A stretch of DNA of 62,768 nucleotides, counting the filler, from Sphacelaria rigidula (taxonomy: Eukaryota): the NCBI GenBank assembly GCA_964200075.2. It is 7 parts of 7 records of this genome, joined end to end, with 100 filler letters (N's around TTAATTAATTAA, not from the genome) between each part and the next. Parts side by side here need not be neighbours in the genome. Positions count along the whole stretch, not along the records: positions 8,983 to 17,864 come from CAXNAA020009847.1; positions 17,965 to 26,846 come from CAXNAA020009848.1; 5 more parts are not named here. The stretch is one strand, 5' to 3'. A program made the translations under genes and the position numbers. Under the pieces are notes generated by a model. The model had not been told where the DNA came from and made no database searches. It saw only the letters and a list, made by a program, of their open reading frames with translations. Below are positions 13,180-25,085 of the stretch, piece after piece; the stretch's first letter is position 1, and every line of letters begins with the position of its first letter.

Positions 13180-16100
13180 CTATATACTCTGCTGCGGAAC
13201 TGCAGGCTCACTAAGTCCGATGTGACTCGCTTGAAGTAGACCTTTCCAGCAACGCAGGGTCTGATCAAAAAGGTAGTCATGGCTGGGTGCGGCCATCGAG
13301 CTGTTACCACCGGTGCACGTTTTCTTTCGCTCAGTATTTGTTTGGGTTTTGAGGGGCACACACTATTACCTTTATAGTAATGCGTATCGTGGCCCAAATA
13401 TCGAAATACCTATATCGAAATATCTGCCCCAATAAATCCGGGATGTATCGTATCGACACACCGCCTAAACTTGCGGGATATGTCGATACCATGTCATATA
13501 TCGTATCCCGCGATATGCCGTGCGTTTGTATCCTGCGATCACAATGCTGCGATATATCGTTGCTTTCTACGGATGTGGATACGAAGCTTTGTCCTGAGTT
13601 TCCGGCGTCTCTGTATCTTGTTTTTGTCAGTGACTCAATTCCCCCCCCCCCCTCTCCCCTCCGTTTCCTTGTTCCGCACGCTCTTAGGCCGACCGCGTCG
13701 TTGATGCGGGCCCCGACACAATATCCGGTGGCACCTTCGACAGGGCAATTAGCCGACCTGAGGTATTGCCCTCGAGGCAGGCTTTGTGTGACACCGACAT
13801 ACAAGCATGGTTGAGGAAGATGGTGACGCACGAGGGCACAACACGGTCAATGTCCGATATTTCGGTGAGTAAGCCCCCGTGTTTGCTCTCCGTGACAAAA
13901 CTGTGCTGTTGCGAACAACAAAATGCAGGAGTCATGTACATGGTTCCCGTTGCCGTCTGACTCCGTCGTCCCCGAGTACGGAAAATCATTTGACCTCCGC
14001 CCAGAAAATACTCACATACACCCCCCCTGCCCCGTTCAACCTGCTCCGCGTTCCCATGCTGGCCCGCAGTGCACAGTGGAGGAAGGCACACTTTGTGCCT
14101 GGGCACTACTCCTACACATACTCGTGACCCCTCGCCTTCAGTGTGAGGCCACGAGATCCGCTGCTTCAAGCCCGTGGGTCACCGTGGGGAAATCTCTGTG
14201 CTGGTGACAGAGAACAGCTCTCTGCAGGATGGAAACAAGCGAGGGAAACCGGCTTTCACGGCAAGCGCCCGTTACGTTTGTCACGAGATCTCGAAGCGAT
14301 TTCGAGGGTACAATCCTTGGAGGGGTGTTCTTTACTCCTGCGACGAAGCTCATACTTGGATGGTAATTCACAATCAACTATTATTTGTTACAGTTAACTT
14401 ACATCGTGACCACGGCTAGGTCCCTCGGGTGGTGACTTGATGTGCTACAGTCATAGTCACAGAAAATGATTGATTGTAACAGATGGTTGGTTGAAAAATA
14501 TCAGTATGTGTTGTGCGTTGTGCGTTGTGCGTTGTGTCCATTGCGTTGTGTGAGTGGCAAGTAGTATGGAATGGGATCGGGGTCAACGTCGGCTAATGTT
14601 ATGCGTATAACCAACATTTATGTGTGAATTGTGTTACCGTGTCCGTGTCGCTCTTTGTATTGTCATTGTTTACGGTATTTTCTATCCCCATCTTGTTGAG
14701 TGAGACGGTGGTTTTCCTCTATTTTGCTGAGTGTAAAGCGTGGAGGTGTTTGGTGGTTCAGTGCATCCCGTGATGTGACCGGTTTCACGAATGTCAAACT
14801 CTCCAGTGTGGTGTCCGTGCCGTGTGATCATGCAGTTATGTGTTACAGTACAAATTTCCTTTACGCTTGTGCGTTTCCGTTCCATGTGCAATTGTCCCTT
14901 CGTGCTGTGAAGTTCTCGAGTGGGTAAACCATCGATGCGAGAGGGACGATTATTATTCGGTCGTGCGGGCTTGCCCTTGAATTAGCAAATGCCACACGGT
15001 TTGTGTAATGGTGTGTGTGTGTGCGCGCGGGGGTGGCTGTGCATTGTGAGTACGATTTAGCAAGCAGTTTTGCCGTTTGGGGGTTCTATGGTGTACCTAG
15101 AGGTAGGTCGGAATGTAATGACTCCACGGTCAATCATATGGATGCTCCCTTGCTATTTTCTCCCATGGCCTTTTGCTCTACAAGTGGTATGCACGCTATT
15201 GCCCTTGCATCTCCAGTCGCTTGCGGTGCAGCGTCTCTCAACTCGGCAAGTCTCAAGCACGGCCGTCGCACGGCGGTTGGTCTCGCCCACGATGTTTGTC
15301 CAAGTCAGTGCCTGGGCCACAAGAAGGCTCTACGCACTTCTCCGTAAGGTGGAACAACACCCACCTGTTGCTATCCTCCGGAAAGATGTTTGGTTGTAAC
15401 TTTCTACAAAACAGTGAAAACAAATGCCTGAAGGTAGTTTGGTCACATTCAGTACTCATGGTTCTCTGAGTTCCGAGCAAAACAAAATGAAGAGAATAAT
15501 GATATTGGTCATTGTCCTTGCAGTGTAATGTTTTGCTCCGGCAGATAGATGTGTACAGAGTCCTGGCAGCACACAGAAAACGCACGACGATACGACATGC
15601 GGCAACCGCTGCTTACGTGGAGCATTACTACTGTACAGCAAAATGATCAGTGTACTTCGATTATAATCCAGAGATTTCACATGACCGGCGTTACATGTGC
15701 CCTTTTCATGTGTCCATGTTCGCAAGAACCGGTTGGAAGATGGTCATGTGTGACCTATTTGACCCGACCAATCGCGTGTTTCGAAAGATAGATGGTGTGT
15801 ATTTCCGAACCGACAGGGTGGGCCATTTCTTACGCCTCATCCGTTCGTTCCCGAAACACTACTTCACTTCGTTCCCGACACACTCCTCCACTTTGGTGAC
15901 AAAATCCGTTTTCTTGTTTCTGATCAAAACTCTCGAGGCACCATGTTTTGTATAAGTGCTTTTTCACAAAGAAAAAGATGGGCTCCACCGCCAACTTCTT
16001 GTTTACTAGATGAGTAACCTCCTCGGTAAAACCACACCGAAAATCGTCAAAAGTTTCTAAAATATTATCACATGGAGAAAGTCATTCCAAGGTGGCGCGT

Positions 16101-16704
16101 AGTTGTATTCCACCTGGCCACTTTCCCAGGCGACAAACACTACCGAGCAATGCCACAGTAGCGGTGCACTTTTTGCGCGTAATCGTGTCTGGCTCAGGGG
16201 CTCCCAACGATTATAGATGTACAAGCATATGGGTCAGCGCATCTCCGTTTGCAAATTCATTCGATACATCCCTAGAACAGTTATCCTGGCGTACTCTCAC
16301 ATAGTTCATGAGTCGTGTTTTGGATGTGATGAAGGGATTATAACAGATGTAACCTCAGAAAATATCTGTGCACCCCCACCGTAGCATCAGTTTGCCCAAT
16401 GGTCAGAATATATTTTTATGTACCATTTTCATGAGTCGGCGCCTCTGTCTCCGTAGGAAGAAGGAGTGATGCCATGGTAGAGTTTTTTTTTACCTTAATT
16501 CATTTTTGAGGCTGCCCACTAAGGCCGTGGTATTTGTAATCGAAAGGTTTCTACACAAAGTGCCCCAGTCAGGGAAAAAAAATAGCCCCCCAGTGTGGCA
16601 TTGCTCGAAGGGATGTCAACTGTCATTCGTCTTAATCGAAAAGGAATACTTAAAATCGATCATAACGTTTGGAACGTTATATTTACGATATGAGGAACGG
16701 AGTT

Positions 16705-17045
16705 TCCGGAACAAGAGGTTCTTCGTGATTTACATGAAGACGGTCAAGTCGTCCGAAACGGCTATTATCCCCCTGAAAGCCCGTGATCTGACAGGAATTT
16801 TTGCGCAAAGCGATTCAACATATCGACGTGGTCAGTGCAGAGGTATGAAGGAAAACGTGTAAATAACGAAAAAAAGGGAACTTCCCACATTTTCGGCCGT
16901 ATGTCATGGAAGGCGTCATCGATTTCAAATCTGATCGCGCGAAATTGCCGTCAGCTCACGAGTTTTCAGGGGGGTGACGGCCGTTTCTGACGATTCGACC
17001 GTCTCTAGTAGGTGTAAATCAAGAAAAACCTCTAATTTTTCGAAA
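16705..17045. mobile_element. MITE family B with ~100-bp TIRs
   Basis: GAGGTT..TCGTGATTTACA..GTC.GAAACGG..CCCCCTGAAAGCCC paired with its inverse. A sister copy in the opposite orientation lies at 35295-35630. Confidence 0.8.
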
Positions 17046-17212
17046 AAACACCCGTTCCCATTTCACAGTCATGCTTCAGTAGGGGTTGGACACTTGGGCC
17101 AATATAGTCATCATTCAGGGTCTCCAACAATTAGGAGCTGTACACAAGAATATATGCCAGGACATTCCCGGAAGCTCCATCCTCAATTTCGATAGTCGGC
17201 TGCTCCGAATGA

Positions 17213-17641
17213 AACATCGTTTTTGTGAGATTGGGAGTAGAGGATACGATTTAGAGGGCACAGCGGTGAATAGTTGATGAATGAACGGTTTCAGTTCCGA
17301 CATGTCCCTCCACGAGGCCCGAGACGTTTTTTGTGGCAGCTTGCCATTGAAGCCCTTCATATTCCCGAGTAGGATACCGACGTGTAGCTGTAAGCACACG
17401 CCAGTGATACAGGCAAAAAAAAGCGCACACAGAATAAAAAAATGGCCTAGTTACAGCGAATGCTGCCGTGTCAATCGTGCTGGGAGTCACACCCATTGAC
17501 ATCGGCATGGATGTAATGTAATCCTGTCAAATTGACCCACTTGTGCTTTAAAGACACAGCCGGTATCCAACCCTGACTGCTGCAAATGATGAAACCCACT
17601 CTCAACCAACGCTTTACTCTCAATCTCAAGAAAACAGTGTT
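17213..17641. mobile_element. MITE family A, second copy
   Basis: Same TIRs and the internal CCCGAGTAGG..CGACGTGTAGCTGTAAGCACACG block. A further end lies at 8983-9042, and a split copy starts at 41583. Confidence 0.85.
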
Positions 17642-17964
17642 GCCCTCCATCTCATCCGGTAGACGGGCTTTTTTCAAATACACGGGAGCACGCCACGACT
17701 AGCATTCTAGTGGACTAGGGATACTCCAAATAATGGACGTCAAAACGGGATTGTCATAACCCATATTTTTGCGTAGCTCCTACAACTTGAGGAGCCCGAG
17801 TGATGCTACGGTAGGGGTACAGAAATAATTTCTGAGGTTAGAATTGTAAGGAGCCCCTTATCTCNNNNNNNNNNNNNNNNNNNNNNNNNNNNNNNNNNNN
17901 NNNNNNNNTTAATTAATTAANNNNNNNNNNNNNNNNNNNNNNNNNNNNNNNNNNNNNNNNNNNN

Positions 17965-18051
17965 AAAAGATTCCAGATCGCTCCGGTCGAACCCCCTACT
18001 CAACCATCAGAAGGTTACGGGGTTACCAACTGAGCCACCGGGGCAACCGGC
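17965..18051 (-). mobile_element. tRNA-derived SINE head, truncated by the contig end
   Basis: Reverse complement reads GCCGGTTGCCCCGGTGGCTCAGTTGG..GGTTCGA, the same head as the copies at 28819, 29887 and 32230. Confidence 0.8.
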
Positions 18052-19797
18052 CATCTGTATATAATATGGGAAATTTGACATCCGCAGGCGCCAGACCGTT
18101 GAAGGGTTCGGGAACAAACTCTGTACACAACAGGGTCGTAGTTTTTGCACCGCTCCCGTCACGAAACTGGTCGATTGATTGCTTACGCCTCAGATAACGA
18201 GCGTCGCCTCGGAACAGTTTCACAGGCTGACACTTCGGAGACATTCGGGGGTTTCCAGTGACCGGGGGGGGGTGGTTTTTCAGCGGGGGTAGGAGGGGGA
18301 GGCGTACTCATTTGTTGCTTGCCTTAGTCGTTCGACCATTGACCACGCATCCCTTTCGAGACGGGGTAGGAGAAGGAGGGTCTGTGCGCCGAGCAGCTGA
18401 AAAGTTCACCAAGTCAATCATGTGTGCTCGGAAGTTTGCCGCAGAAGATTCTAAGCCAAGAGCGAGGCCCGAGAGGCGCGGAATGACCACTCTGACCAAT
18501 CACGACCGTCAAAAGGAGCACGCGGTTCCCCCACAGGTGGACTACAGGTAGACAGCGAAGTTGTCTACCGGCATTTCTCATTTTGGCCATGGCAGTTCAA
18601 CCATTGATGATCCCTTATATCTTGTTTCAATTTCGGCATACACCAGAGTACATCCCTTAGAATTCGTCATCCGCCAACACAAACCTCCTAGTCATACTGA
18701 ATACACCCAATTTCTCATTTTGGTCATGGCAGTTCAACCATTGATGGCATGGATACAAATACAGTAACTTGTTTACTGTACTCTGCTCGAGGTCTGTGCC
18801 GCCTGTCTGACGCCTCATGTGCTGCATAGCTTCACACTGTCTGTGGTGTTATTGTTGAACACTAGACAGAGGGATCAGCAGCATCCAGTGAATTGTGTTT
18901 GGTGGAGAGCTACGTCTCACTTAAACCACATCTTGCCTTTGTATCGAGCGAATACATACAGCACACAAGCATGATGACTCTGCACGCAATTGACGGCAGG
19001 GTAAAAACTGATCAAGGGTCCTCTGGGACTATCCTCTATATAGATGTCAGATGTCCCCATGTTCATGAAAAAAGGCGTTTCGTGTGGCGAGAAAAGAGCT
19101 GTTCTGAATCCCAAATGTGACATAGGCCAACTCAGTCCACCTGCGGGGGGGTCGCCGTCCAAGGATCAAGGTCGTTATTAACCCTTTGGGAACCCTTCCC
19201 TTTCGTCTTGAGTGCCCCGAGGTAAAGCTGTAAATGCTGAGCCACATGTTGAAAAAACAGCACCTCGAAATCCACAATTTTTTGTTGCCAGTACCAAAAG
19301 GTTTAACGGGACTTTTTTGTTGAACTTTTTGGTATTTTCCGGAGAAAATCCCGAATTTTCAAAAAAAAATGCTGATGAAAAAATCGAACCCGTGATTTTC
19401 CGAGTAATACTTACTCAGTGAGTGAGCCTTGAGTTCTCCTATTCCTTGACCTCGTTGAGAAATCTGACTGTCACATCATTAGGGAAATGAGTTTTTTTTT
19501 TTCCGAAAAAGTCGGGAAAATATTGAAAAAATAGCCCCGTTAACAACCATCCTACCCTCTCTCACCCATGTCGATTCCAAGCTTACCCTAAAGATGCACA
19601 TCTAAGATAAAAAGACGGAACACACTCACTGCACAGGGAACTCGAGCAGAAAGATTAGACAAAATAATGTAGACGATGGCACGAAACATCTTTCGCAAAA
19701 ATGCCGAACTAAAGGGCGTGGCGAAGAAAAAATTGAACCCTCCCGAGGGATGTGCAGGCAGGAGTTCGGATCACACGCCACGATCGTGATAATAGCC

Positions 19798-21115
19798 AAG
19801 GACAGGTCGGGTAGGGTATGTACTTTTGCTTTTGATGATCCGGGTACAAGACCCGAGTATGTACTCTACCGTTTTTTTAGTAAATTGGGTTCGGTCTCAA
19901 TACTATATCCGAATGTTGGGTAAATTCGGGTATGATTTCGATAACGTACCCAAATCTGGGGTGAGTAATATCAGAAATACCCGGTTATAGTCACTTCGGT
20001 ATAATTTTAAAACTCTACCAAAATTTTGGATAGAGTTGGGTATGATCTATCAAAAGCAAGTGATCTCAGCGATACCAGGGTACAGAGTACCACTTGGGTA
20101 TGGCCTTGAGACTCTCCCAAAATCTTGAATTGAGTTAAGAATGATGTCAATACGCTACCCAAATATCGGGGAATTTGGGTATGATCTAAATACTCTCCCC
20201 CAAAATTGGGGAAGTAATCTCAGCAGTACTCGGGTATAGAGTATCACTTGGGCATGATCTCAGTAACACTGACCGTCAGTAGGGTCGTGACGTGACTTCA
20301 CAGACTACCTTGACTGTGATTACGAATGATGACCACCAATGACAGAAAAAGGGTGTACAGTAGTTTTACCGCCCCCCATGTGATGGCTCCGATTTGTGTC
20401 CAGATTTCAGTTTTGAGCACAGAGCGCTACCACCTCTGGGTATTCGAGTAGACGGGTACGTGGACGGGTGGAGGGAGTAAAAAATAAGCGACAATCCGGA
20501 CCGCGTGTTCTATTCCTCGATGGGAGATCCAGCGTCGGAAACGATAATAGATATGGATACGCCACGATCGCGAGAGAGAACAGTAGAAGCGGCCGCAACC
20601 CAAAGGTTGGGTAAGGACGCGGGAGGACCATGAATCCCAACACAGTCCGCCGCGATCCGATCTGTGCCCTTGTTCTTTGCAAGCTCCATGTCTTCGTGTA
20701 TTCGTGGATCACGAACTTAGCAGGACGTCAATAGAATCTTCAATATAATATTCCTTCACCCGTGCTCAAAGTGATGCCATTTTGTCCTACAACAGTATGT
20801 GTGGACTATAGTTGTTCAACGATACCTTGTGGTACAGTACAGGCAGAACGGTACTGTCTGTAGAATACAATAGAGAGTAAGATTGCAAGGGCAGGTCGGG
20901 TAGAGTATGTACTTTTGAATACCCGCGTACAAAATCAGTTAAAGTGCGAAAATCAATCAATCAATCAATCAATCGATCAAATATCCGGGTATTTACTCTA
21001 CCCACATGTCGAGTGATATGGGTATTGTCCCAGTAATCTCCCACTTTTCCAGCACTAAAAGTACAACTTTTCAAGGCACCCGGATAGAGGGCATACCCTA
21101 CTCGACCTGCTCTGA
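19798..21115. mobile_element. Cluster of MITE family C copies (TIR CAAGGGCAGGTCG(G/A)GTAG; internal GGGTA/TACCC repeats)
   Basis: TIR-like starts at ~19798 and ~20886, an end CTACTCGACCTGC at ~21098-21110, and dense GGGTATG/CTACCC subrepeats. Confidence 0.7.
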
Positions 21116-21697
21116 GAATACCTACCCGGAAATCACATCAGGTAGAAGAAACCTACCAACCAGTAGTAGTCCTGAGTTAAGAGGCATAGATACCAACAGT
21201 TCCACGCACGGAGAAGATAAATATATAAGAAAGTGTAGATTGCTGTAGATCAGAGGGCAGAGGGGGAAAGTACAATTGAGAGGCGAATATTTGTTGTTGT
21301 TGTTGTTGCTGTTGCTGTTGCTGCTGCTTTGCTTCCTTTCTTCTTTCCCTTCTGTGGTTGTTGCTTCTTTCTCATTCTGTTGTTTTTTTGCTGCTCCTGA
21401 CCACGGGCTGGATTGTTGCAATCACCTAATGTGAGATAATCAGTCAATCAATCAATGGGTTGCGTTGGGGTGGGTTGGCGTTGGGTCTTTTTTTTTAATT
21501 GGTAAAATGGAACACGATATATACTGGTATGAAATAGCAGTGTTGAGCAAGAGTTGCTATAAAATCGAGTGGCAATAGCCGACAGGACAGGATGGTTATT
21601 CCCACCCCGCACACCGTCCCTGTTTCTCATCCCTCATCAGGAACAAAGCGAGTCACTCTCTCGGTCGTTTACGTCTTTGTTTCGTCGCGGAGTGTTT

Positions 21698-21902
21698 CAA
21701 GGGTAGGTCGAGTAGAGTATACTCGATCGCGGGGTATTTCGGAAGTCGTACTTGAAGTACACAAATTGGGGATAGGGTTCCAGGAATCGCTTCCCAGGTA
21801 TTTTTTTGGTACGACTCTCAACACTCTACCCTAATTTCAGTACCCCAAGTATGTCTTTCAAAATACACCACAATTGAGTATACGCTACTCGACCTGCCCT
21901 TG
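21698..21902. mobile_element. Complete MITE family C element with 8-bp TSD (P- or hAT-type)
   Basis: TIRs CAAGGGTAGGTCGAGTAG...CTACTCGACCTGCCCTTG; TSD GAGTGTTT at 21690-21697 and 21903-21910. Confidence 0.92.
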
Positions 21903-21914
21903 GAGTGTTTATCC

Positions 21915-22215
21915 TTGTTATTTCTCTTGGAGCTCACAATGTACGGCCCTGCGAACCGAAGCGGCAGATCCACATGGTTGTCTCGACGCCCTTTGCATTC
22001 GGTGATACTGCGTAAAACTGTGTCCTAACCCGTGCTGTGTCCCGTGCGATCCTTGCTGTGGAAGCCGAAGTGCCCGTGGCAAAAGCTTTTCGATGGGCAG
22101 TGCACAGTCCCTCAGAATCCTCCTCGCGCAGAATCCACGCGGCACACCCGTTACTGTGGCAACCATCGTGACTTCAGCTCCACAAGATACACTCTCTGCA
22201 GAATTGGCCAGCCTG
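21915..22215 (-). mobile_element. LINE (RTE-like) ORF2 C-terminal relic
   Basis: Frameshifted AEV...NGCAAWILREED..LCTAH.KLL...GFHSKDRTG...VETT...FAG matches the post-RT YGCxTW..H..LL..IG...IE.....FAG motif of LINEs. Confidence 0.7.
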
Positions 22216-22479
22216 TCTCCAGATTGATGATATTATTTTTGAGTGACCCACGAAAAAGTTGGGGGGGGGGGTTGCACTTCTAAGCTTTTTTTTCCATTAT
22301 TTTCTTCTCTATTATTTGCGAGTAACCCACAAAAAAAAAGTTGGGCGTTTTTTTCACTCCTGAGGTTAGCGCAACTTGTACGTGAAGCTTGCTCGCAAAT
22401 TTTGTGTTTGGACTACTCGTTGCTGAGCTCGTACCATGCCTATCTCCATCCCCCCTATTATCTCTTCCCTAAAGACGAA

Positions 22480-22480
<1 letters not shown>

Positions 22481-22521
<41 letters not shown>
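22481..22521. repeat. (CA)n microsatellite
   Basis: Direct reading. Confidence 0.98.
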
Positions 22522-22522
<1 letters not shown>

Positions 22523-22859
22523 ACTCGACGTGACGCAAAGCAGCCCCGGTGTTGCCAACCGGCGTTCCAGGCCCGAGCGGCGGTCTCGCGTCAAACGCGT
22601 GAAAGATAAGATCGTGCAACATTTGGTTGACTCAAGACTCCTGCGCTGTTTCGCCCACCTGAAAGTATTTGTCCATAATCGGCTTTACACTTCGCTGCAC
22701 TTCCGGGGTCTATCAATCGATGGAATCCTGTCCCTCGCATATTTTTCTCGTGTTTCCGAGGCCTCAACCGAAGTATTTTTTCTGAAAGGAGCCAATCACA
22801 AGTTGGAGCTCTTGGACTTGTCACGCGCATGTACGCACACCATGAACGCCTTTTAGCAT

Positions 22860-22992
22860 CACTTCCCGAACGCTCGAGACGCCCACCCAGTATTATCGCC
22901 ACACGGCGGTCTAGCGGAGCCTCCGGACAATCGGCATACGAAACCCGTTCGCGTGGGTAAGAGTTGGGTGAGGTTTCCTCCTTCCTTCAAGG
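22860..22992 (-). repeat. Dispersed repeat family D (also 23735-23885 + and 56360-56510 +)
   Basis: Shared CTTACCC..CGGG..CGT(G/A)TGCCGATT..CGGAGG.TC.GCTAG..GGG.AGGCG(C/T)CTCGAGCGTTCG. Confidence 0.8.
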
Positions 22993-23040
22993 ATCGAAGA
23001 AAAACGTGAGCGACCACACACGTTACGTCACGAGTTAGTT

Positions 23041-23232
23041 TGTAAATATTTCACATCTTGGACAATATATGGTCAATACGTGCGATAGACGAGAACTGTA
23101 CTGCATAAAGTATGGGCCTATTGCAACTATTGTCGGCCGGCAATAGTTGCAATAGGCCTATACTCTATGTGGTACAGTTATCGTCTATTGCATCTATTGA
23201 CCATATATTGTCCAGAGTGTGAAATATTTGCA
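23041..23232 (+). ncRNA. ~190-nt near-perfect hairpin (candidate pre-miRNA or foldback MITE)
   Basis: Arms TGTAAATATTTCACA...GGCCTATTGCAACTATTG / CAATAGTTGCAATAGGCC...TGTGAAATATTTGCA. The hairpin is certain; its function is not. Confidence 0.4.
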
Positions 23233-23320
23233 GAAAGACGGTGACTTTGCACGCCGTCGCACGGGCTGACAAAACCTCTTCCAGACCTAGACCGTTTACA
23301 CAGCACCTCATACTTTCATC

Positions 23321-23672
23321 CACACGTCGGACAGATCATGATCCGTCTGAAAATTACCTATTTTCAGTATGCCTATCCGGATCATGATCCAGATCATTTG
23401 CCCCCCCCCTTTTCCATGTTCGCTACTCACGACGCCGGATGCTGAGCACGCCGAGTAGTGCGAAGGTTACCTTTTGGCTTTTCTGACCCCGCGGTCACAT
23501 ATTTTGTGTTTTTAGACGAACGAACGCGAGAATCTTCTTCGATTAGTTGTTTTATTTCATTATTACTATTATTGTTATTATTGTTATTATTATTATTATT
23601 ATATCCGTCACATTAGCTCGATCTCTCGAACCCGTGGTCATTTAGACAGGTCATAAATCTGTCCGACGTGTG
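23321..23672. mobile_element. MITE family E with 8-bp TSD
   Basis: TIRs CACACGTCGGACAGAT / ATCTGTCCGACGTGTG; TSD CTTTCATC at 23313-23320 and 23673-23680. Another left end lies at ~8660. Confidence 0.92.
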
Positions 23673-24936
23673 CTTTCATCACAAAACGCGGCGTAACGTT
23701 GGTGGGAAGGCCTTCCCCTGCTTTTCCTTTTTCATTAAAGGAAGGAGGAAACCCACCCAACACACTTACCCCGGTAGCGGGTCCGTGTGCCGATTACCCG
23801 GAGGCTCGGCTAGGCCGCCCTACGGCATTCATGTGGGGTAGGCGCCTCGAGCGTTCGAAAAGCTTTGCTCAAGGCAGTGTTGGGGTTGAACCTACTCACA
23901 CCCCCTCCTGTACCTTCGCTGTTGTACAACCGGAGGTGTAATCTGCGATGATGAGCTGGACCGCGTGGCAGCACGATACTGTATTGTATCTCAACGAAAA
24001 TCTGTACGTACGTGGGGAAACATAAAAAGCCGGGAAAACACAAACTGCTCAACATGTACTAGGTTCGGGGGAACTAGCCGCAGTTCACAAGAACGATCGG
24101 CCACAAGAAGGCGCACACGCGCTTCCGTGCACTCTGCGATTGAAGATTTGGTAGTTGTACAAGATATATATATATATATATATATATCGCTGGTACATAC
24201 GCATCACCCATGCAAGCGCAGCCTGGTGTGAGATTCAAGGGGTTCTACGTTGGCGAATAACAGGAGATCTGATTCGCAACCATGACCGAAGCAGCTTAAT
24301 ACCGTGTCTTCACGGGCTCACCGGTCGCTCGGGGTCCCACGAGTGTACCGCCCCCGGTTCTCGCTCGTTGATAATTTCGCTCGATCGAACCGACCTGGAT
24401 CGTCACAATGAAAAATTCTAGGATTCGTGTTTTATTTTCTCGATCTTCACTGCGCTATAGCCGAAGAACCGCATTTTAAAGTCATATACGGTCAATGACA
24501 CCCCCTCGATAAACGGGGTGTTACTTCGTGTTGTTCTGGCAAGACATAATTGGGAAAAATTGTTTTCAGCACGACCTGCTTGTTTATTTTTCCGACGCCC
24601 TCCGACTCTCAAACTTTCGAGTGAAGGTGACATATCGTCCGCGCAAAAATCCTGATCAAGTGAATACCATGCTTGAACTCTGACGGCTGTACTGTACTTG
24701 ATGTTTTTCTTTTCTACTTTGAATCATGTTTTTCCGAGGAAATCCAATCCGTGAGTTGTAATATCCCGTCGCTTGTCGTCTTCCAATTATTTTTCATGGC
24801 CCATGAAGAGTATTTTCTCTTGTTTTTACTTCGCGACAGCTGCTCTTGTATGTTTTTCGCATCAGACGTTTCAACTAAACGTCACTCATCTCAGGTGTGT
24901 ATTGAAAGTTTCGTGCGCATTGATACTTTCCCACAG

Positions 24937-25085
24937 CCACGCGACGTGCTGGTCCACGAGGAACCGGCGGGCGTCCTGACTTGAAGGATCGCAACCGAAG
25001 GGTGGCTATCTACATGACTGCGGTCGTGGCCGCAGTCCTGGGCGTGAGCTACGCGGCGGTTCCGCTGTACAAGGTCTTCTGCCAG
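24937..25085 (+). CDS. COX11: Cytochrome c oxidase assembly protein COX11/CtaG, internal exon
   Basis: Acceptor tttcccacag and donor CAG|gtgtgt. Peptide ..PDLKDRNRRVAIYMTAVVAAVLGVSYAAVPLYKVFCQ is the COX11 transmembrane helix plus the YAAVPLYxxFCQ motif. No other exons were found in this contig. Confidence 0.92.

Noticed and set aside
15000..16500. Endogenous giant-virus genes
   Set aside because: No intact ORF or NCLDV hallmark motif seen; likely decayed repeat sequence.
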